Assembly (NCBI GenBank): GCA_963755715.1
Contig: CAVWLW010000069.1
Coordinates: forward strand, 1 to 64,000
Length of the DNA stretch: 64,000 bases
DNA from: an uncultured delta proteobacterium
Lineage (GTDB): Bacteria; Desulfobacterota; Binatia; UBA9968
Reading direction: 5' to 3'
Every line of letters begins with the position of its first letter. The first letter of the stretch is position 1. A program made the position numbers and the translations under genes. Below the pieces are notes generated by a model. It was not told the origin of the DNA. It saw only the letters and a list, made by a program, of their open reading frames with translations, and made no database searches. Positions 49,466 through 58,949 of this stretch are shown here, piece by piece.

Positions 49466-50335
49466 CTATTTCATCGCCATCGCGCGCGCTCCGTAGCTCA
49501 CGCCTGACGACGGTTTGATTCCAGCGCACTCGAGCACTCGCCTCGCCACTTCTTCCGTGGTCGCAAACCAGATGCCTTCGTGCTTCTTCACGTAAGCCAT
49601 CAGCTCATCGAAGACCTCGATCCGGCCCGGTCGGCCGACCAGAAACGGGTGCAATGAAAACTGGCAATAGGTGTGGAACGATCTGGATTCCGCATAGAAC
49701 GTGTCGAACGATTTCTTCCAGATGGATAGCGCGTCGTCGGGATCGGCGGTTTTCCCACCTTGAAAAATAAACATGTCGCCAAACGGTTGGCGCGGCACTT
49801 CGACGATGATGCGGTCGCCGTCCTTCAGGAGATATGGCAGATCGTGCGAAAAGGAATTGCTATTCCAAATAAACCCTTGACCAATGCCCAAGTCGGGAGT
49901 GAGATGACTCTGGAAGCAGCAGCGCCAGCCGTTGATCTTTTCGCCCGTCAAACTGGTTAAAACCTCGACCGTCTTGCGCATGGTTTCAACTTCTTCTTCC
50001 GGCGTCAGCCTCCAGGCCTTTTCGTGGTGATAGCCATGCCCCGCAACATCATGACCGGCGGCATGGATCGCTCGAACCGTGTCCGGAAATCGCTCCGCCA
50101 AGGCGCCGCAGATGACAAACGTCGCCTTAAGATTATATTTCTCCAATACCCGCAAGACTCGCCAGATTCCCACCCGCGGTCCATATTCGCGCCGGGCGTA
50201 CTCTTCGGCGTCGATGCGGCCTTTCGAATCCGGCTCCAACCCCTCGGCTCCTTGGTAGTTGAATACCAGATTGACTGCGCACCGAAACGGTTCCGGCCAT
50301 TTGAGCTTCTCCCCTAGAAAAATCTCTTGCAGCAT
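49466..50335 (-). CDS. Polysaccharide deacetylase / CE4 family protein (PuuE-like)
   Basis: EYGPRVGIWRVL, KATFVICG, GHDVAGHGYHH, GWR, LHPFLVGRPGR, IWFAT. Confidence 0.88.
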   Translation of the reverse strand: MLQEIFLGEKLKWPEPFRCAVNLVFNYQGAEGLEPDSKGRIDAEEYARREYGPRVGIWRVLRVLEKYNLKATFVICGALAERFPDTVRAIHAAGHDVAGHGYHHEKAWRLTPEEEVETMRKTVEVLTSLTGEKINGWRCCFQSHLTPDLGIGQGFIWNSNSFSHDLPYLLKDGDRIIVEVPRQPFGDMFIFQGGKTADPDDALSIWKKSFDTFYAESRSFHTYCQFSLHPFLVGRPGRIEVFDELMAYVKKHEGIWFATTEEVARRVLECAGIKPSSGVSYGARAMAMK

Positions 50336-50452
50336 ACCCGACCTCCTTTGGCTTCGTTTGCTTTACGCCGTGCAGAGAGTAGCTTTTTTTCCTTCGCTTT
50401 GTAAAGCGAAACCTCGTTTCCTAGGTCTTTCGTTCGCGCCGCAGTAACTCGT

Positions 50453-51610
50453 TCACCTAGCGGCCTTTGTTCCCTTTAATGACGCATCGAGAAACTTCTG
50501 CACTTCATCCACGTCCATCCACTCAGTATCCCACAGCCGAAAGTATGGCACGCCGTCTTTACGGCGTGAAAGCGGCGGCACGTCGTCTTTTGGAATGTCG
50601 ATTCTTGCCGAATCACAGCTTCCCTGACTCTTCTGAAAAGAGATCTGACCTTCCCGCGACATCAGCCAATTGAGAAAAAGTTTCGCCGCGTTGGGATCCG
50701 TGGGCTGGTCCATCAGCATGAAACTGGAAGCGGCCGTCTCGACGACCGGCGCTTCCTTCATACGCCGCGGATCCAAAATATCCACCGGCAGCTTTTGTTC
50801 TTTCGCTCGCAAGACTTCACGCGGAGAAGTGAAAAGCAGGAAAGCCAGTTTCCCTTGCGCGAGCCAATCCACCGCCTGCCGCGGGTCCTGGCTCAGCACC
50901 AGATCCATTTCGGTCAACAGGCGCTTGAGAAATTGCGGTCCGAGCTCCGGGTGAAAGTAAATCAGCCTGCCACCCTCGCGACCGCCGGCCGCGCGCGGGT
51001 CCATGGAGCCGATTTTCCCCTTCCACTTCGGATTGAGAATATCGCCATAGGACGTCAGATCCGCGGGTTTCACGAGCTCGGTGTTGTACGACACCATGTC
51101 GATGTGCACGCTGACGCATGGCGACAAGATATATTTGCCGTCGGGGTCGGCGTATTGATGTTTCCCCTGCCACCATTTTGATTTATCCGTGACCTCGGGC
51201 AAAACGAGGTTGCCGTCGACGGCTTGCAGCGGAAACGGCCGGGCTCGATAAAGTGCCGACGCCGATCCGGTGCCAAGCTTCGCTATGTCCGCGAGAAATT
51301 TTCCGGCTCTTCTTTCCGCCATCAACCGCGTCACCAGCTGGCCGGAGCGTCCTGCAATCAGAATGACTTTGATCTTTGGAAATCGTTTTTGAAAATCGTT
51401 GACGCTGCCCTCGATCCCTTCGTTTGCGTACAGCGTCAGTTGTCCTTCTTTCTCCGCGGCCTTAATCGTTCGGTCCCATTCTTCTTGGGACGGACCGGCG
51501 CTCGCGGCAAGGGCGGCACCGCATTCGAAGAGAATGGCAAGCGCGAGAAAATAAACCGCCCTGTGGAAGGAGAAAAGCAGAGAGATATTTTTGGAGCGCC
51601 GAGATGTCAC
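50453..51610 (-). CDS. ABC substrate-binding protein, FbpA/AfuA-like (WWQGKH variant; GTG start overlaps the aldolase stop)
   Basis: EWDRTIKAAEKEGQL, LPEVTDKSKWWQGKH, LNPKWKGKI, PNAAKLFLNWLMSREGQ. Confidence 0.85.
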   Translation of the reverse strand: MTSRRSKNISLLFSFHRAVYFLALAILFECGAALAASAGPSQEEWDRTIKAAEKEGQLTLYANEGIEGSVNDFQKRFPKIKVILIAGRSGQLVTRLMAERRAGKFLADIAKLGTGSASALYRARPFPLQAVDGNLVLPEVTDKSKWWQGKHQYADPDGKYILSPCVSVHIDMVSYNTELVKPADLTSYGDILNPKWKGKIGSMDPRAAGGREGGRLIYFHPELGPQFLKRLLTEMDLVLSQDPRQAVDWLAQGKLAFLLFTSPREVLRAKEQKLPVDILDPRRMKEAPVVETAASSFMLMDQPTDPNAAKLFLNWLMSREGQISFQKSQGSCDSARIDIPKDDVPPLSRRKDGVPYFRLWDTEWMDVDEVQKFLDASLKGTKAAR

Positions 51611-52329
51611 CAGGTATTCCAGCGCTCGCCGCGTTTGATCAACCGTTCGTAAAAATTCCATTCCGGGGAGCGCGGCGGCCTCGGACCTCTTGCCGTCACT
51701 CGCTCCGCCTCGACTTGCTCATATTTCTTTACCACGGCCCGAGGAATCGGACTCGCTTTCCCGACACTCTGTGCCCACAGAAGCATCTTTGCCGTCCGCT
51801 CCAGGTGGACGGTGTTCAGGCAAGCTTCTTGGATCGTATTGCCGATAACGTTCGCCCCATGCCCTTTCATCATCAGCGCGAAACTCTGTCCCATCGCCTT
51901 GGTCGCTCGCTCGCCGTCTTCTTGATAGGTGCCGTAAAGCCATGGACTGACGGGCACTCCCTTGCCGAACTTGATCGAATGCTGATGGATCGGCACGATT
52001 TTCTTGCCGGTCGCGATCAGGGAAACGGCCACCGGCGGATGACAGTGAATCACGGCACCGGTATCCGGACGTTTTCGAAATAATGATGTGAAGAAAAAGA
52101 TTTCCGCCGGCGGATCGCGCCGGCCGGAAATCTTTTTGCCGTCGAAATCGTATTCGAGGATTTCATCGTCAGCAAGGTCGGGGTCGAAGGGCGGGCGCAT
52201 CGGCATGATGAGAAAACTATCGCCCCGCGGCGAGCGACAGCTCACATGGCCCCACATGTCCGCCAATTCCCACCGCAGGATTTGCACCGCGGTGGATAAT
52301 TTATCTTTGAGTTCTTCGTTGTCGCTCAT
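51607..52329 (-). CDS. Class II aldolase/adducin family protein
   Basis: GHVSCR, RPDTGAVIHCHPP (HxH), LMMKGHG, LERTAK. Confidence 0.88.
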   Translation of the reverse strand: MSDNEELKDKLSTAVQILRWELADMWGHVSCRSPRGDSFLIMPMRPPFDPDLADDEILEYDFDGKKISGRRDPPAEIFFFTSLFRKRPDTGAVIHCHPPVAVSLIATGKKIVPIHQHSIKFGKGVPVSPWLYGTYQEDGERATKAMGQSFALMMKGHGANVIGNTIQEACLNTVHLERTAKMLLWAQSVGKASPIPRAVVKKYEQVEAERVTARGPRPPRSPEWNFYERLIKRGERWNTW

Positions 52330-52362
52330 GATGCACCATTTGTCTATTTTCCCAATTGAGAT

Positions 52363-53472
52363 TCATCGCATGATCAAGCGCTCCGCCGCGGCTAACGCCG
52401 GCTTGCGAACCGTGTCTTGCTTTTCTTCGGTGTGACTCTCGAGGCGATGATATTGCTCCACGCTCATGAATTCCCGCGCCGGCCTGACCGCATAGGGTTC
52501 TTTCGGCACCTCGACATCGAGACGCCGCGTCGGTTCGCCGATGGCATTTTGATAGGTCTCCTGTCCTTCTTTACTCAACAGCCAATTGACGAAGAGCTTG
52601 GCGGCGTTGGGATGAGGCGGATCCTTGATCACCGCGAGCACGCCGGAACCAGTAACAGGATAAATGCCGTCTTTGAGTTGCGGCAGCGGCTTGACCGGAA
52701 GTCCAGCCTTCACGAAGGACACGAAATTGTCGATGTCCAGACCGATGGTGAGAGCTACAGTACCCTTCGCCAAGGCTTCGGCAAGCGGTCTCTCTTCGGT
52801 CATGATCAGCAAATGTTGCTGCACGAGCTTCTTGAGAAATTCTTCACCCTTGGTTTTCCACAAGAAAGTCCAGTTGCCTTGTCCAGCGCCGCCGCGCCGC
52901 GGATCGCTGTAGCCAATCTTGCCTTGCCACTTGGGATGCAAAAGATCGTCGAGCGAGCGCAACTCTTCCGGTTTCACGAGATCGCTGTTGTACCAGAGGG
53001 CGTCCTGAACAAAGGCGAGGAATGAATAGCCATAGCGCTTGGTTTTATCCACGTACATATGGCCGCCCCACCAGTTTTTCACTTCCCTGACTTCGGGAAG
53101 AATGAATTGCGCTTCGACCGGCTCGAGCATGCCGGCCAAACCAAAAATAATTGGCCCCGATCCACCCGTATGGACATCGGTGAGTCGAAGCCCCGCTCTA
53201 AACTCGTCGGCAATTTTCTTGGCGACGGCTGCGCCACGGCCCGTAAAGAGCTCCAACTCGATGCCGTAACGCTTCTCAAAAACCTCCTTCAAGCTCTTCC
53301 TCAATTCGGCGCCCGCTGGTATTGAAACGACCACCTTTCCTTCTTTCTTTGCCGCAGCGACAATCTGTGGCCACTGAAACGTCTGGGCTTCGACGACGCA
53401 AGAGATGCCGGCGATCAAAGCGATGATTACAGTCGTTTGTACATGAACGGAATATTTTTGGCGCTGCGGCAA
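52363..53472 (-). CDS. ABC substrate-binding protein, WWGGH subfamily (probable TTG start after GAGGAG)
   Basis: VEA-QTFQWPQIVAAAKKEGKVVV, LPEVREVKNWWGGH, PPHPNAAKLFVNWLLSKEGQ. Confidence 0.85.
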   Translation of the reverse strand: MPQRQKYSVHVQTTVIIALIAGISCVVEAQTFQWPQIVAAAKKEGKVVVSIPAGAELRKSLKEVFEKRYGIELELFTGRGAAVAKKIADEFRAGLRLTDVHTGGSGPIIFGLAGMLEPVEAQFILPEVREVKNWWGGHMYVDKTKRYGYSFLAFVQDALWYNSDLVKPEELRSLDDLLHPKWQGKIGYSDPRRGGAGQGNWTFLWKTKGEEFLKKLVQQHLLIMTEERPLAEALAKGTVALTIGLDIDNFVSFVKAGLPVKPLPQLKDGIYPVTGSGVLAVIKDPPHPNAAKLFVNWLLSKEGQETYQNAIGEPTRRLDVEVPKEPYAVRPAREFMSVEQYHRLESHTEEKQDTVRKPALAAAERLIMR

Positions 53473-53538
53473 AAACTCACTCCTCGATGTAGATCCAGAC
53501 AAAAACATCTCACATAAAGATCGTCTTGTAAGAAATGG

Positions 53539-53585
53539 TTTGGAATCTAGTGACTTTGAAGACTGCTTGTCAAGCAAATTTTGCT
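53539..53585 (-). promoter_or_regulatory. Sigma70-type promoter, near-identical to the one at 47950-47995
   Basis: Minus strand TTGACA (53573-53568)-N18-TAGATT (53549-53544). TTTGGAATCTAGTGACTTTGAAGA is identical in both copies. Confidence 0.7.
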
Positions 53586-53836
53586 GCCGACTCGCGCAGA
53601 ACATTCAAAAAAATTCTTTGCTGCGCTCGAATGCCTCCGTGACGAAGAAAGAAGCGTAAAACTGAAATAATTTCTTCCGCCAACCACTGCCATGAAAAAA
53701 TATTTGTGGTCGCCGCGGCCATCGAGATACGAGCAACTATTACCGCCAAAGATCGTCGATTCAATTTTTTCGCCGGAAAACTCTTGCACGAATAACGCGA
53801 TTCCATTACTCTGCGGGAGTTCTTAGGTTTCTCGCT

Positions 53837-55246
53837 ATGCGAGCGGTCAAAGTTATATTTGCGCTCTTCTTAGGAGTTACTGGAATTTTCGGATGTTCGT
53901 CGACCGAGCGTTTGTATCCTCGCACGACGACGACGGTCCCGTTCCCGCAAGCCGAAACCGACGTTAGTGGTCTTTCTGACTCGGCAACCGGTCCCTCTTC
54001 GTCCAATTTATCCGCCAGCGTAATTGAACCATCCGTGACCGACGAGCAAAATCCACTCACTCCAGCGCGCGAGGTGAAACCCAGCCCACTGCTCGAGCCG
54101 GTTGAACCCCAGTCGGAGCGCGTGGAAAGCGCGGAAAAGCCCGCGCAAACATCAAAATCATCTGCGCCGGCGGCGCAGTCTCCGCCGAGCTTGCGCACCG
54201 ATAATCGCTTGTTGGAATTGCTGGAAAGAGATTTGGAAAAAGCCGTCGATCAGCCGAAGGAGCGCCGCCGGCTGCAATTCTCCAAAGAAGTCGTCGAAAA
54301 TCCGAAGGTGCGTCAATTTGTGAGATATTATTCGACGACAGGAAAAATTCGCTTTCAGCAGCTACTCGGTCGCTCCGGCAAGTACCTGCCGATGATCGCG
54401 AAAGTGCTCAGCCAAGAAGGGTTGCCGGAAGAACTCGGTTATCTGGCGTTGCTCGAGAGTGAGTTTGTCGTCAATACAACGTCACGCAACGGCGCCGTCG
54501 GTCTGTGGCAATTCATCGCGACGACCGCGCGCCGCTATGGCTTGCGCATTGACGAGTGGGTCGATGAACGGCGCGATCCGGTCAAATCGACGCGCGCCGC
54601 GGCGGCTTATTTGAAAGACCTGCACGACTACTACGGCCGCTGGTATTTGGCCACGGCCGCTTACAACGCCGGTCCGGGAAACGTCGACAAGGCGTTACAA
54701 CAGAGCGGCGCAAAAGATTTTTGGCATATCAAAACGAAAACTCAGCTCACCGAAGAAACGCACAACTTCGTGCCCAAGTTCGTCGCCATCTCGCTGATCG
54801 CCATGGACCCGAGCAAGTACGGCTTGAATGATGTGCGCTACGAGGCGGCGCTGGATTATGAAGAAGTGGAGTTGAAAGCGCCGATGAAGCTCGCGGCGCT
54901 CGCGCAATCAGCGGAAACCGATATCCCGGATCTTCGCGATCTCAATCCCGCGCTCTTGCGTGATATGACGCCGCCCGGCGAGCAGAGTTTTCGTATTAAG
55001 GTGCCGGTAGGAAAGGCGTCCATTCTTCTTGCGAAAACGATCGAAAAGCCGGTCGAGAAAAACACGGAACCGACACAAGTCGTCACCCACGAAGTGAAAA
55101 GAGGCGAGACGCTTTTCTCGATCGCGCGCTCTTACGGCCTAGAGGTGCGCGCCTTAATGGAATTTAACGGTCTGACGACGTCACGGCTGTTGATCGGCCA
55201 AAGGCTTAGGATCTGGCTGGAAGGTCTGCGAGGCGTGCTGCGCTAA
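53837..55246 (+). CDS. mltD: Lytic murein transglycosylase with LysM domain, MltD-like lipoprotein
   Basis: Lipobox-like IFGC; LALLESEF, GAVGLWQF, DERRDPVKSTRAAA, AAYNAG; LysM HEVKRGETLFSIAR. Confidence 0.85.
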   Translation: MRAVKVIFALFLGVTGIFGCSSTERLYPRTTTTVPFPQAETDVSGLSDSATGPSSSNLSASVIEPSVTDEQNPLTPAREVKPSPLLEPVEPQSERVESAEKPAQTSKSSAPAAQSPPSLRTDNRLLELLERDLEKAVDQPKERRRLQFSKEVVENPKVRQFVRYYSTTGKIRFQQLLGRSGKYLPMIAKVLSQEGLPEELGYLALLESEFVVNTTSRNGAVGLWQFIATTARRYGLRIDEWVDERRDPVKSTRAAAAYLKDLHDYYGRWYLATAAYNAGPGNVDKALQQSGAKDFWHIKTKTQLTEETHNFVPKFVAISLIAMDPSKYGLNDVRYEAALDYEEVELKAPMKLAALAQSAETDIPDLRDLNPALLRDMTPPGEQSFRIKVPVGKASILLAKTIEKPVEKNTEPTQVVTHEVKRGETLFSIARSYGLEVRALMEFNGLTTSRLLIGQRLRIWLEGLRGVLR

Positions 55247-55250
55247 AAGT

Positions 55251-56537
55251 TTACGAACGTTTCTCCATCGGGACGTAATCGCGTATCTCGGCGCCCAAAT
55301 AAACTTGTTTGGGGCGGGCCAGCTTCTGGTCCGGATCCGTTAACATTTCTTCCCATTGAGCGATCCAGCCCGAGGTGCGCGGAATCGCAAAAAGCACGGG
55401 AAACATATCCATCGGCAGCCCCATCGACTGATAGATTAATCCTGAATAGAAGTCGACATTCGGATAGAGTTTGCGCTTGATGAAGTAGTCATCGGAGAGC
55501 GCAATGCGTTCGAGCTCGAGCGCGATGTCGAGCAATGGATTGCGCCCTTTGACTTCAAAAACCTGGTCGGCGACCTCTTTGATGATCTTGGCGCGCGGAT
55601 CGTAGTTCTTATAGACGCGATGGCCGAAGCCCATCAAGCGCCCTTCCCCGCCTTTGACCTTTTTAATAAATTCGGGAACTTTGTCCTTGGCGCCGATTTC
55701 CATGAGCATCCGCAGCACCGCTTCGTTCGCCCCTCCGTGCAGCGGTCCATAGAGAGCCGCTGCGGCGGCGGCGACCGCCGAATAGGGATCGGCCTGCGAG
55801 CTGCCGACGCTGCGCATGGCGTTGGCGCTGCAATTCTGTTCATGGTCCGCGTGCAAGATGAAAAGAATATCGAGGGCCCGCTCGAGCACCGGATTCGGCT
55901 TGTATTTGAGCTCCGTCATCTTGAAAAGCATGTTGAGAAAATTACCCGTGTAACTCAAATCGTTGTCCGGATACGAATAGGGCAATCCGAGACTATGACG
56001 GTAGGCAAAAGCCGCAAGCGTCGGCATTTTACTGATTAACCGGTAAGTCTGATCGTGTCGGGACTTGACGTCAAATATCTTTTTGGCTTCGGGATAAAAT
56101 GTCGAGAGCGCGCCCACAGTGCTGACCAATATCCCCATGGGATGGGCGTCGTGATGAAAGCCATCGATCAGTTTTTTTATATTTTCGTGGATGATCGAAT
56201 GATAAGTGATGTTGTGGTTCCACTCTTCGAGCTGCGCTTTGTTCGGCAGCTCACCATAAAGCACCAAATAGGCGGTTTCTAAGTAGGTGCTCTTTTCGGC
56301 GATCTGCTCGATCGGATAGCCGCGGTAGCGAAGAATGCCGCGGTCGCCATCGATATAGGTAATCTTGCTTTGGCACGACGCGGTATTCATGAACCCCGGA
56401 TCGTAACTGACAATGCCGTCATCTTCCGTGATTCTGATCTGAAACAAATCGGTCGCCTTGATGGCGCCGTTTTTAATCGGAATCTCGTATTGTTTGCCGG
56501 TTCGGTTGTCGGTAATCGTCAGTGTCTCGGAGGCCAT
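55251..56537 (-). CDS. gltA: Citrate synthase
   Basis: YDPGFMNTASC, LHADHEQNCS, GPLHGGANE, GFGHRVYKNYDPRA, YPNVDFYSG. Confidence 0.97.
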   Translation of the reverse strand: MASETLTITDNRTGKQYEIPIKNGAIKATDLFQIRITEDDGIVSYDPGFMNTASCQSKITYIDGDRGILRYRGYPIEQIAEKSTYLETAYLVLYGELPNKAQLEEWNHNITYHSIIHENIKKLIDGFHHDAHPMGILVSTVGALSTFYPEAKKIFDVKSRHDQTYRLISKMPTLAAFAYRHSLGLPYSYPDNDLSYTGNFLNMLFKMTELKYKPNPVLERALDILFILHADHEQNCSANAMRSVGSSQADPYSAVAAAAAALYGPLHGGANEAVLRMLMEIGAKDKVPEFIKKVKGGEGRLMGFGHRVYKNYDPRAKIIKEVADQVFEVKGRNPLLDIALELERIALSDDYFIKRKLYPNVDFYSGLIYQSMGLPMDMFPVLFAIPRTSGWIAQWEEMLTDPDQKLARPKQVYLGAEIRDYVPMEKRS

Positions 56538-56611
56538 CGTATTTACCTTTCAGCTGCCCTTCGCGTCTGTTGTTTCTTTTAAACCATCCCCTTGCGCCGG
56601 TCAACTATGCT

Positions 56612-57070
56612 TCAAGTTTCCGGCGCGCCTGATATCCAATTGATTTTCCAGCGTCCGTGCGCCTTAGAACAGCAGAGCACAGTCGCGGGCAGAAAATCGA
56701 CGACAGCGCGTTCAGGATCGCCGCTGATGAGCAGGGCCGCAAGCCGCTTCAGATATGGCAAGTGTCCGACCAGCATGATTGAACACTCGGCGGCGTCAAG
56801 CTCGGCTTTGACAACCGCCGGATCATCTTCGGGCAATAAGCCGGCGTGCTGTTCCACCGCCAAGTTTGGCGGGAACGCTTTGGCAAGGATCTCTGCGGTC
56901 TGCTTGGCGCGCAGAATTCCCGAATGATAGATCCGCGAGACTTCACTTCCGCGCTCCAGCATCTCGCGCGCGGCGCGTTGAACCTGTTCGCGGCCTATCC
57001 GCGAGAGCGGACGCTCGGCGTTTTCCACCGCGGCGACTGCGTCCCCGTGTCGAACCAAATAGAAATTCAT
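56612..57070 (-). CDS. sixA: Phosphohistidine phosphatase SixA
   Basis: YLVRHGDA, RPLS, RAKQTA, MLVGHLP. Confidence 0.92.
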   Translation of the reverse strand: MNFYLVRHGDAVAAVENAERPLSRIGREQVQRAAREMLERGSEVSRIYHSGILRAKQTAEILAKAFPPNLAVEQHAGLLPEDDPAVVKAELDAAECSIMLVGHLPYLKRLAALLISGDPERAVVDFLPATVLCCSKAHGRWKINWISGAPET

Positions 57071-57259
57071 GTCGGGTGAGAACCTGGCGATCCGAACCAG
57101 TCAAGTGCGGATGCGAATCTGCGGCGATAGCGTTGCCGCAAGTGCGAATCGTCGACGGTGACCGCTGACTTTGTTGCGTCGTGTTGCAAAAACCCGTTGT
57201 TCATATAGTATGCCGCTCATCAATTTGCAATCTTGTCAGGCGCAGCGCGTTCGATAATC

Positions 57260-57988
57260 GTGATCGAGTTTCGCAAGGTCAATAAGTGGTTCGGCTCGCT
57301 TCACGTCCTCAAGGACATTGATCTCACCGTCGAGGCGGGAAATGTCGTCGTGGTCTGCGGCCCGAGTGGCAGCGGCAAAAGCACCTTGATTCGCTGCATC
57401 AACCGGCTCGAGACGATTCAATCCGGCGATATCATCGTCGACGGCTTGTCTTTGAGCGACGCCAAACTCGATGCCGTGCGGCTGCGCACCAATGTCGGCA
57501 TGGTCTTCCAATCGTTCAATCTCTATCCGCACATGACCGTGCTCCGCAATATCACCTTGGCACCGGTGAAAGTAAAAGGCCTCGCCGAAAAGGAAGCGGA
57601 AAAAATCGCTAAGGCGCTTCTCGACCGGGTCGGGATCCCCGACAAAGCCGATGTCTTCCCCGCCAATCTTTCCGGCGGTCAGCAGCAGCGGGTCGCCATC
57701 GCGCGGGCGCTCGCGATGGCGCCGAAAGTCATGCTGTTCGATGAGCCTACCTCCGCGTTGGATCCTGAAATGATCAACGAAGTATTGGAGGTCATGACCG
57801 ACTTGGCTCGCGACGGCATGACGATGGTGGTGGTGACCCATGAAATGGGTTTTGCCAGGCGTGTTGCACACCGCGTCGTTTTCATGGATCAGGGACAAAT
57901 CATCGAAGCCAATGATCCGGAAAGATTTTTTGCCGCGCCGGAATCTTCCAGAGCGCAACAATTTCTGAGCAAAATTCTCTCACATTGA
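57260..57988 (+). CDS. Polar amino-acid ABC transporter ATP-binding protein (GlnQ/GltL type)
   Basis: [51 protein letters not shown]. Confidence 0.95.
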   Translation: MIEFRKVNKWFGSLHVLKDIDLTVEAGNVVVVCGPSGSGKSTLIRCINRLETIQSGDIIVDGLSLSDAKLDAVRLRTNVGMVFQSFNLYPHMTVLRNITLAPVKVKGLAEKEAEKIAKALLDRVGIPDKADVFPANLSGGQQQRVAIARALAMAPKVMLFDEPTSALDPEMINEVLEVMTDLARDGMTMVVVTHEMGFARRVAHRVVFMDQGQIIEANDPERFFAAPESSRAQQFLSKILSH

Positions 57989-57998
57989 GGAAAACAAC

Positions 57999-58859
57999 AT
58001 GAAGCGAATTCGTTCCTTGTGGCTTATCGCGCTCTTCAGTGTTTTTGCCGGCTATAGCTTGAGCCGGGCGGAAACCACGCTGGAAAAAATCGATAGAAGC
58101 GCCGTGCTCGTTATCGGCACGCGCACCGGCTCGCCGCCTTTTGCTTACGTCAATAAGAGCAATGAGTGGGTCGGCTTCTCAATCGATTTGGTCGAAAAAG
58201 CGATACTTCCCGTGCTCAATCAAAAACTCAACAAACAAATCAAATTGGAAAAGAAAGAGTCGGCGCCGCAGACGCGAATCCCGCTTTTGACGTCGAACGC
58301 CGTCGATCTGATCGCCGAAACCATGACCGACACGCAATCGCGGCGCGACCAAGTTGATTTCAGTTTGACCTTCTTCGCCACCGGCGCGCAATTTCTCGTC
58401 AAGAAAGGCAGCCCGATTAAAGGCTTGCAATCGATCGCGGGCAAGCGCATAGCGGCGCAGCAAGGATCGACGAATGCCAAACTTATTCGCGAGCGCGTGC
58501 CCAACGCCAAGCTTCTTGAATTTCCCGACCAGCCCGCGGCGTTTCAAGCATTGGCTCAAGGACAGGTTCAAGCCTATACCAACGACGGCATTCAATTGGC
58601 CGGTCTGCGCGCGAAAGCGCCTAAACCCGACGATTACGCCGTGGTCGGCGAGTTCTTTTCCTATGAACCGTACGGCATGGCGATGCGCAAGAATGATTCT
58701 GACTTTCGCCAAGCTGTGAACGCCGGTTTGATGAACGCGATCGCCTCCGGCCTCTACTTTGAGATCTACGACAAATGGTTTGGTGCCAAAGGCGAAGTAC
58801 CCTACCCAATGACCGCTGAAATCAAGCGGTTCCTGCAAATGCAAGTGGTACCGAAGTAG
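57999..58859 (+). CDS. Polar amino-acid ABC substrate-binding protein (GltI-like)
   Basis: TLEKI, SPPFAY, RIPLL, VDFS, QQGST, EPYGMAMRKND, IYDKWF. Confidence 0.9.
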   Translation: MKRIRSLWLIALFSVFAGYSLSRAETTLEKIDRSAVLVIGTRTGSPPFAYVNKSNEWVGFSIDLVEKAILPVLNQKLNKQIKLEKKESAPQTRIPLLTSNAVDLIAETMTDTQSRRDQVDFSLTFFATGAQFLVKKGSPIKGLQSIAGKRIAAQQGSTNAKLIRERVPNAKLLEFPDQPAAFQALAQGQVQAYTNDGIQLAGLRAKAPKPDDYAVVGEFFSYEPYGMAMRKNDSDFRQAVNAGLMNAIASGLYFEIYDKWFGAKGEVPYPMTAEIKRFLQMQVVPK

Positions 58860-58944
58860 GCAACAGGCATTAGGCAGCAGGCAATAGCAGAAATCACCGA
58901 ACCGGATTCTTGCTATTGCCTAATGCCTGTTGCGTAATGCCTTT
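58857..58944. repeat. 7-bp-period AGGCA / TGCCT inverted tandem repeat between SBP and permease genes
   Basis: TAGGCAA CAGGCAT TAGGCAG CAGGCAA ... TTGCCTA ATGCCTG TTGCGTA ATGCCT. Confidence 0.75.
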
Positions 58945-58949
58945 TTCGA

